DNA of 3,546 nucleotides, taken from sequence record PP430139.1. One strand, written 5' to 3'. The position numbers and the translations under genes were made by a program. Shown piece by piece: positions 1 to 3,546 of the stretch (its first letter is position 1; every line of letters begins with the position of its first letter). Origin of the DNA: Enterobacteria phage FrBlood. A model generated the notes under the pieces. The model was not told the DNA's origin and made no database searches. It worked only from the letters and a program-made list of their open reading frames with translations.

Positions 1-16
1 GACCCCTTTCGGGGTC
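1..16 (+). promoter_or_regulatory. 5'-terminal stable hairpin (stem GACCCC/GGGGUC, loop UUUC)
   Basis: Seen in sequence: positions 1-6 gacccc are the perfect reverse complement of 11-16 ggggtc, with a 4-nt loop tttc. Corresponds to the known 5' hairpin of MS2-group RNA; probably clipped by a few nt at the window edge. Confidence 0.75.
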
Positions 17-23
17 CTGCTCA

Positions 24-30
24 ACTTCCT
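24..30 (+). promoter_or_regulatory. Upstream complementary sequence (UCS) able to pair with the maturation-gene Shine-Dalgarno
   Basis: Seen in sequence: ACUUCCU (24-30) pairs antiparallel with AGGAGGU (110-116) over 7 positions (6 Watson-Crick plus one G-U). This matches the long-distance SD-UCS interaction described for MS2 that limits A-protein translation to nascent RNA. Confidence 0.65.
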
Positions 31-109
31 GTCGAGCTAATGCCATTTTTAATGTCTTTAGCGAGACGCTACCATGGCTATCGCTGTAGGTAGCCGGAAT
101 TCCATTCCT

Positions 110-116
110 AGGAGGT
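110..116 (+). promoter_or_regulatory. Shine-Dalgarno sequence of the maturation protein gene (AGGAGGU)
   Basis: Seen in sequence: aggaggt sits 7 nt upstream of the ATG at 124; a strong match to the anti-SD of 16S rRNA. Confidence 0.85.
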
Positions 117-123
117 TTGACTC

Positions 124-1305
124 ATGCGAGCTTTTAGCGCCCTTGAGAAGGAATCTGAAACCTTTGTTCCGAACGTCCGCGTTTACGCTGACGGTCAGAC
201 TGAGGATAATTCATTTTCCCTTAAATATCGTTCGAACTGGACCCCTGGTCGTTTTAATTCGACTGGGGCCAGGACGAAACAGTGGCACTATCCGTCCCCC
301 TACTCGAGGGGCGCGCTTAGTGTCACATCAATAGATCAAGGTGCCTATAAGCGCTCTGGGTCATCGTGGGGTCGCCCGTACGAGGAGAAAGCCGGTTTTG
401 GCTTCTCGCTCGACGCACGCTCCTGCTACGGCCTCTTCCCTGTTAGTCAGAACTTGACTTACATCGAAGTGCCGCAGAACGTTGCGAATCGGGCGTCGAC
501 TGAAGTCCTGCAAAAGGTGACCCAAGGTAACTTTAACCTTGGTGTTGCCTTAGCAGAGGCGAGGTCGACAGCCTCACAACTCGCGACGCAAACCATTGCG
601 CTCGTGAAGGCGTACACTGCCGCTCGTCGCGGCAATTGGCGCCAGGCGCTCCGCTACCTTGCCCTAAACGAAGATCGAAAATTTCGATCAAAACACGTGG
701 CCGACAGGTGGTTGGAGTTGCAGTTCGGCTGGCTACCGCTAATGAGCGATATCCGGGGCGCATATGAGATGCTTACGAAGGTTCACCTTCAAGAGTTTCT
801 TCCTATGAGAGCCGTACGGCAAGTGGGCACTAACGTTAGGTTAGATGGTCGCCTGTCGTATCCAGCTGCAAACTACCAGACTACGTGCAACATATCGCGA
901 CGAATCGTGATATGGTTTTACATAAACGATGCACGTTTGGCCTGGTTGTCGTCTCTAGGTATCTTGAACCCACTAGGTATAGTGTGGGAAAAGGTGCCTT
1001 TCTCATTCGTTGTCGACTGGCTCCTTCCTGTTGGGAACATGCTCGAGGGCCTTACGGCTCCCGTAGGATGCTCCTACATGTCTGGAACAGTTACTGACGT
1101 AATAACGGGTGAGTCCATCATAAGCGTCGACGCTCCCTATGGGTGGACAGTGGAGAGACAGGGCACTGCTAAGGCCCAGATCTCAGCCATGCATCGAGGC
1201 GTGCAATCCGTATGGCCAACAACTGGCACATACGTGAAATCACCTTTCTCGATGGTCCATACCTTAGACGCGTTGGCATTAATTAGGCAACGGCTCTCAA
1301 GATAG
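124..1305 (+). CDS. mat: Maturation (A / assembly) protein, the F-pilus attachment protein of ssRNA coliphages
   Basis: 393-aa ORF (MRAFSALEKESETFVP...IRQRLSR), ATG 124-126, stop TAG 1303-1305. Same length as, and by recollection about 96% identical to, the MS2 A protein. First gene in the conserved levivirus order and preceded by a strong SD. Confidence 0.97.
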   Translation: MRAFSALEKESETFVPNVRVYADGQTEDNSFSLKYRSNWTPGRFNSTGARTKQWHYPSPYSRGALSVTSIDQGAYKRSGSSWGRPYEEKAGFGFSLDARSCYGLFPVSQNLTYIEVPQNVANRASTEVLQKVTQGNFNLGVALAEARSTASQLATQTIALVKAYTAARRGNWRQALRYLALNEDRKFRSKHVADRWLELQFGWLPLMSDIRGAYEMLTKVHLQEFLPMRAVRQVGTNVRLDGRLSYPAANYQTTCNISRRIVIWFYINDARLAWLSSLGILNPLGIVWEKVPFSFVVDWLLPVGNMLEGLTAPVGCSYMSGTVTDVITGESIISVDAPYGWTVERQGTAKAQISAMHRGVQSVWPTTGTYVKSPFSMVHTLDALALIRQRLSR

Positions 1306-1318
1306 AGCCCTCAACCGG

Positions 1319-1340
1319 AGTTCGAAGCATGGCTTCTAAC
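1319..1340 (+). promoter_or_regulatory. Coat-gene translation initiation hairpin with the start codon in the loop, plus SD GGAG at 1317-1320
   Basis: Seen in sequence: gaagc (1324-1328) pairs with gcttc (1332-1336), leaving ATG (1329-1331) in the loop; flanking g1319-t1320-t1321 can pair with a1338-a1339-c1340 around an internal mismatch. Equivalent to the well-studied MS2 coat initiator hairpin. Confidence 0.7.
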
Positions 1341-1721
1341 TTTACTCAGTTCGTTCTCGTCGACAATGGCGGAACTGGCGACGTGACTGTCGCACCAAGC
1401 AACTTCGCTAACGGGGTCGCTGAATGGATTAGCTCTAACTCCCGCTCGCAGGCTTACAAAGTAACCTGCAGCGTTCGTCAGAGCTCTGCGCAGAACCGCA
1501 AGTACACCATTAAGGTCGAGGTGCCGAAAGTGGCAACTCAGACCGTAGGTGGCGTACAGCTCCCTGTAGCCGCATGGCGTTCGTACTTAAATATGGAATT
1601 AACTATTCCTATTTTCGCAACGAACGACGATTGCGCGCTTATTGTTAAGGCGATGCAAGGTCTCCTGAAAGATGGAAACCCGATCCCCTCAGCAATCGCA
1701 GCAAACTCCGGAATCTACTAA
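1329..1721 (+). CDS. cp: Coat (capsid) protein, which is also the translational repressor of the replicase gene
   Basis: 130-codon ORF (MASNFTQFVLVDNGGTGDV...AIAANSGIY), 129 aa after Met removal, as in MS2 coat protein. Conserved RNA-binding and structural residues in mature numbering: T45, C46, T59, K61, W82, Y85, N87, C101. Stop TAA 1719-1721 is followed immediately by TAG 1722-1724. Confidence 0.98.
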   Translation: MASNFTQFVLVDNGGTGDVTVAPSNFANGVAEWISSNSRSQAYKVTCSVRQSSAQNRKYTIKVEVPKVATQTVGGVQLPVAAWRSYLNMELTIPIFATNDDCALIVKAMQGLLKDGNPIPSAIAANSGIY

Positions 1722-1899
1722 TAGATTCCGGCCATTCCAACATGAGGATTACCCATGTCGAAGACAACAAAGAAGTTCAACTCTTTATGTATTGATCTTC
1801 CTCGCGATCTTTCTCTCGAAATTTACCAATCAATTGCTTCTGTCGCTACTGGAAGCGGTAATCCGCACAGTAGAGACTTTACAGCAATTGCTTACCTAA
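1672..1899 (+). CDS. lys: Lysis protein L, a small membrane protein encoded in the +1 frame across the coat/replicase junction
   Basis: 75-aa ORF (METRSPQQSQQTPESTNRFRPFQHEDYPCRRQQRSSTLYVLIFLAIFLSKFTNQLLLSLLEAVIRTVETLQQLLT). Basic N-terminal half, hydrophobic C-terminal segment with the LS-dipeptide region (LLLSLL). Starts inside the coat gene and ends inside the replicase gene, exactly the MS2 arrangement; same length as MS2 L. Confidence 0.93.
   Translation: METRSPQQSQQTPESTNRFRPFQHEDYPCRRQQRSSTLYVLIFLAIFLSKFTNQLLLSLLEAVIRTVETLQQLLT
1740..1758 (+). promoter_or_regulatory. Coat-protein-binding translational operator hairpin (TR / MS2 hairpin) covering the replicase SD and start codon
   Basis: Seen in sequence: ACAUGAGGAUUACCCAUGU, i.e. 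stem ACAUG/CAUGU with a bulged purine and loop AUUA. This is the canonical wild-type MS2 operator (U at loop position -5). The replicase AUG (1755-1757) lies in the 3' arm and the SD GAGGA in the 5' arm. Confidence 0.95.
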
Positions 1900-3392
1900 G
1901 GGACGAGTTGCTTACTAAGCACCCGTCTCTAGGAAATGGTAATGACGAGGCGACCCGCCGGGCTTTAGCTATCGCTAAGCTCCGGGAGGCGAATGAACGG
2001 TGTGGCCAGATTAACAGAGAAGGTTTCTTACACGACAAATCCTTGTCGTGGGATCCGGATGTTTTACAAACCAGCATCCGTAGCCTTATTGGCAACCTTC
2101 TCTCTGGCTACCGTTCGTCGTTGTTTGGGCAATGCACGTTCTCCAACGGTGCCTCAATGGGGCACAAGTTGCAGGATGCAGCGCCTTACAAGAAGTTCGC
2201 TGAACAAGCAACCGTTACCCCCCGCGCTCTGAGAGCGGCACTACTGGTCCGAGACCAGTGCGTGCCGTGGATCAGACACGCGGTCCGCTATAACGAGTCA
2301 TATAAATTTAGGCTCGTTGTAGGGAACGGAGTGTTCACAGTTCCGAAGAATAATAAAATAGATCGGGCTGCCTGTAAGGAGCCCGATATGAATATGTACC
2401 TCCAGAAAGGAGTTGGCGCCTTTATAAGACGTCGCCTCAAGTCTGTCGGTATAGACCTGAATGATCAAACGATCAACCAGCGTCTGGCTCAGCAGGGTAG
2501 CGTAGATGGCTCATTAGCTACGATAGATTTATCGTCGGCTTCTGACTCCATCTCCGATCGCCTGGTGTGGAGTTTCCTCCCACCTGAGCTATATTCATAT
2601 CTCGATCGTATCCGCTCCCACTACGGGATCGTAGATGGTGAGACGATACGATGGGAACTATTTTCCACAATGGGGAATGGGTTTACTTTTGAACTAGAGT
2701 CCATGATATTTTGGGCGATAGTAAAAGCTACCCAGATCCATTTTGGTAACGCCGGAACCATAGGCATCTACGGGGACGATATTATATGTCCCAGTGAGAT
2801 TGCACCCCGTGTGCTAGAGGCACTTGCCTACTACGGTTTTAAACCGAATCTTCGTAAAACGTTCGTGTCAGGGCTCTTTCGTGAGAGCTGTGGCGCGCAC
2901 TTTTACCGTGGTGTCGATGTCAAACCGTTTTACATCAAGAAGCCAGTTGACAATCTCTTCTCCCTTATGCTGATCATGAATCGGCTTAGGGGGTGGGGAG
3001 TTGTCGGAGGTATGTCAGATCCGCGCCTTTATAAGGTTTGGGTACGACTGTCCTCCCTGGTTCCATCGATGTTCTTCGGTGGGACGGACCTTGCCGCCGA
3101 CTACTACGTAGTTAGCCCCCCAAACGCCGTCTCAGTTTATACTAAGACTGCATACGGGAAGCTACTCGCGGATGCCCGTACCTCGGGTTTCCGTCTTGCT
3201 CGTATCGCGAAAGAGCGAAAGCACTTTAGCGAAAAGCATGACAGTGGTCGCTACATCGCATGGTTCCATACTGGAGGTGAGATCACCGACAGTATGAAGT
3301 CCGCTGGCGTACGCGTAATGCGTACTTCGGAGTGGCTGACGCCGGTTCCCACATTCCCTCAGGAATGTGGGCCAGCGAGCTCTCCTCGGTAG
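1755..3392 (+). CDS. rep: RNA-dependent RNA polymerase (replicase beta subunit)
   Basis: 545-aa ORF (MSKTTKKFNSLCIDL...ECGPASSPR), stop TAG 3390-3392. Contains the RdRp motif C YGDD (GTIGIYGDDIICP; codons at nt 2769-2780). Same length as, and by recollection highly similar to, MS2 replicase. Confidence 0.98.
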   Translation: MSKTTKKFNSLCIDLPRDLSLEIYQSIASVATGSGNPHSRDFTAIAYLRDELLTKHPSLGNGNDEATRRALAIAKLREANERCGQINREGFLHDKSLSWDPDVLQTSIRSLIGNLLSGYRSSLFGQCTFSNGASMGHKLQDAAPYKKFAEQATVTPRALRAALLVRDQCVPWIRHAVRYNESYKFRLVVGNGVFTVPKNNKIDRAACKEPDMNMYLQKGVGAFIRRRLKSVGIDLNDQTINQRLAQQGSVDGSLATIDLSSASDSISDRLVWSFLPPELYSYLDRIRSHYGIVDGETIRWELFSTMGNGFTFELESMIFWAIVKATQIHFGNAGTIGIYGDDIICPSEIAPRVLEALAYYGFKPNLRKTFVSGLFRESCGAHFYRGVDVKPFYIKKPVDNLFSLMLIMNRLRGWGVVGGMSDPRLYKVWVRLSSLVPSMFFGGTDLAADYYVVSPPNAVSVYTKTAYGKLLADARTSGFRLARIAKERKHFSEKHDSGRYIAWFHTGGEITDSMKSAGVRVMRTSEWLTPVPTFPQECGPASSPR

Positions 3393-3404
3393 CTGACCGA
3401 GGGA

Positions 3405-3489
3405 CCCCCGTAAACGGGGTGGGTGTGCTCGAAAGAGCACGGGTCCGCGAAAGCGGTGGCTTCACCGAAAGGTGGGCGGGCTTCGGCCC
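3405..3489 (+). promoter_or_regulatory. Cluster of 3' UTR stem-loops: one UAAA loop, three GAAA (GNRA) tetraloops and one UUCG tetraloop
   Basis: Seen in sequence: ccccg/cgggg around taaa (3406-3419); gtgctc-gaaa-gagcac (3425-3440); ccgc-gaaa-gcgg (3445-3456); cacc-gaaa-ggtg (3463-3474); gggc-ttcg-gccc (3478-3489). A further small hairpin cggga-ttc-tcccg lies at 3516-3528. Consistent with the structured 3' domain of MS2-group RNA used in replicase and maturation-protein recognition. Confidence 0.7.
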
Positions 3490-3532
3490 AGGGACCTCCC
3501 CCTGAAGAGAGGACCCGGGATTCTCCCGATTT

Positions 3533-3546
3533 GGTAACTAGCTGCT
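3533..3546 (+). promoter_or_regulatory. 5' arm of the 3'-terminal hairpin (partner arm and terminal CCA lie outside the window)
   Basis: ggtaactagc (3533-3542) has no reverse complement downstream in the window. In complete MS2-group genomes it pairs with GCUAGUUACC, followed by the 3'-terminal ACCCA. Confidence 0.6.

Larger units (their letters stand above)
1..123 (+). other. 5' untranslated leader of a levivirus genome (cDNA representation)
   Basis: Lies upstream of the first long ORF; contains a terminal hairpin and the SD/UCS elements listed separately. By recollection it is near-identical to the MS2 5' leader, starting a few nt inside the genome (MS2 begins GGGUGGGACCCC; the window begins GACCCC). 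Confidence 0.85.
3393..3546 (+). other. 3' untranslated region (incomplete at the 3' end)
   Basis: No ORF of note; dense local secondary structure. Ends in ...GGUAACUAGCUGCU with no complementary partner or terminal CCA inside the window. Confidence 0.85.

Noticed and set aside
74-334. 86-aa ORF starting at an AUG in the 5' leader and overlapping the start of the maturation gene in another frame
   Set aside because: No convincing Shine-Dalgarno upstream; the AUG lies in the structured leader; the product is low-complexity and arginine-rich with no recognisable fold. No such protein is known for MS2-group phages. Most likely a chance ORF.
533-763. 76-aa ORF on the - strand
   Set aside because: The genome is positive-sense ssRNA and the minus strand is a replication intermediate that is not known to be translated; no RBS, and the sequence is low-complexity.
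885-1097. 70-aa + strand ORF inside the maturation gene in an alternative frame
   Set aside because: Fully nested in a well-supported CDS, with no SD and no recognisable domain; only one overlapping gene (L) is established in this phage group.
1892-2095. 67-aa ORF on the - strand within the replicase region
   Set aside because: Same reasoning: antisense to an essential CDS in a plus-strand RNA phage, with no translational signals.
1993-2232. 79-aa + strand ORF nested in the replicase gene
   Set aside because: Alternative-frame ORF with no RBS and no known homologue; expected by chance in a 1.6-kb GC-balanced CDS.
3162-3465. Two overlapping - strand ORFs (92 and 60 aa) antisense to the replicase 3' end and 3' UTR
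   Set aside because: Arginine- and proline-rich translations typical of antisense GC-rich sequence; the minus strand is not an mRNA in leviviruses.
1-3546. Possibility of a defence island, mobile element, CRISPR array or toxin-antitoxin module
   Set aside because: There are no direct repeats with spacers, no terminal inverted repeats, and no integrase or transposase ORFs. The four-gene content is entirely explained by a levivirus genome.
3393-3546. tRNA or tRNA-like structure at the 3' end
   Set aside because: The hairpins are short tetraloop stems with no cloverleaf arrangement or anticodon-arm/T-arm features; leviviruses are not known to carry tRNA-like 3' ends.

Overview
This window is a near-complete genome, in cDNA form, of an MS2-like positive-sense ssRNA coliphage (Fiersviridae/Leviviridae, Emesvirus group), and I find no undescribed system in it. 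All four canonical genes lie on the + strand in the textbook order: maturation (A) protein 124-1305, coat protein 1329-1721, the overlapping +1-frame lysis (L) protein 1672-1899, and the replicase (RdRp beta subunit) 1755-3392. The classic RNA regulatory elements are visible directly: a 5' terminal hairpin, Shine-Dalgarno pairing with an upstream complementary sequence ahead of the A gene, the coat initiator hairpin, the coat-protein-binding operator hairpin over the replicase start, and a run of tetraloop hairpins in the 3' UTR. Both termini look clipped by a few nucleotides; the 3'-terminal stem has only its 5' arm. The items worth a second look are isolate-level differences from the MS2 reference as I recall it (AUG rather than GUG at the A gene, one lost pair in the Min Jou interaction, charge-changing coat and lysis substitutions). 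I could not run an alignment, so every comparison to MS2 is from memory and needs checking.
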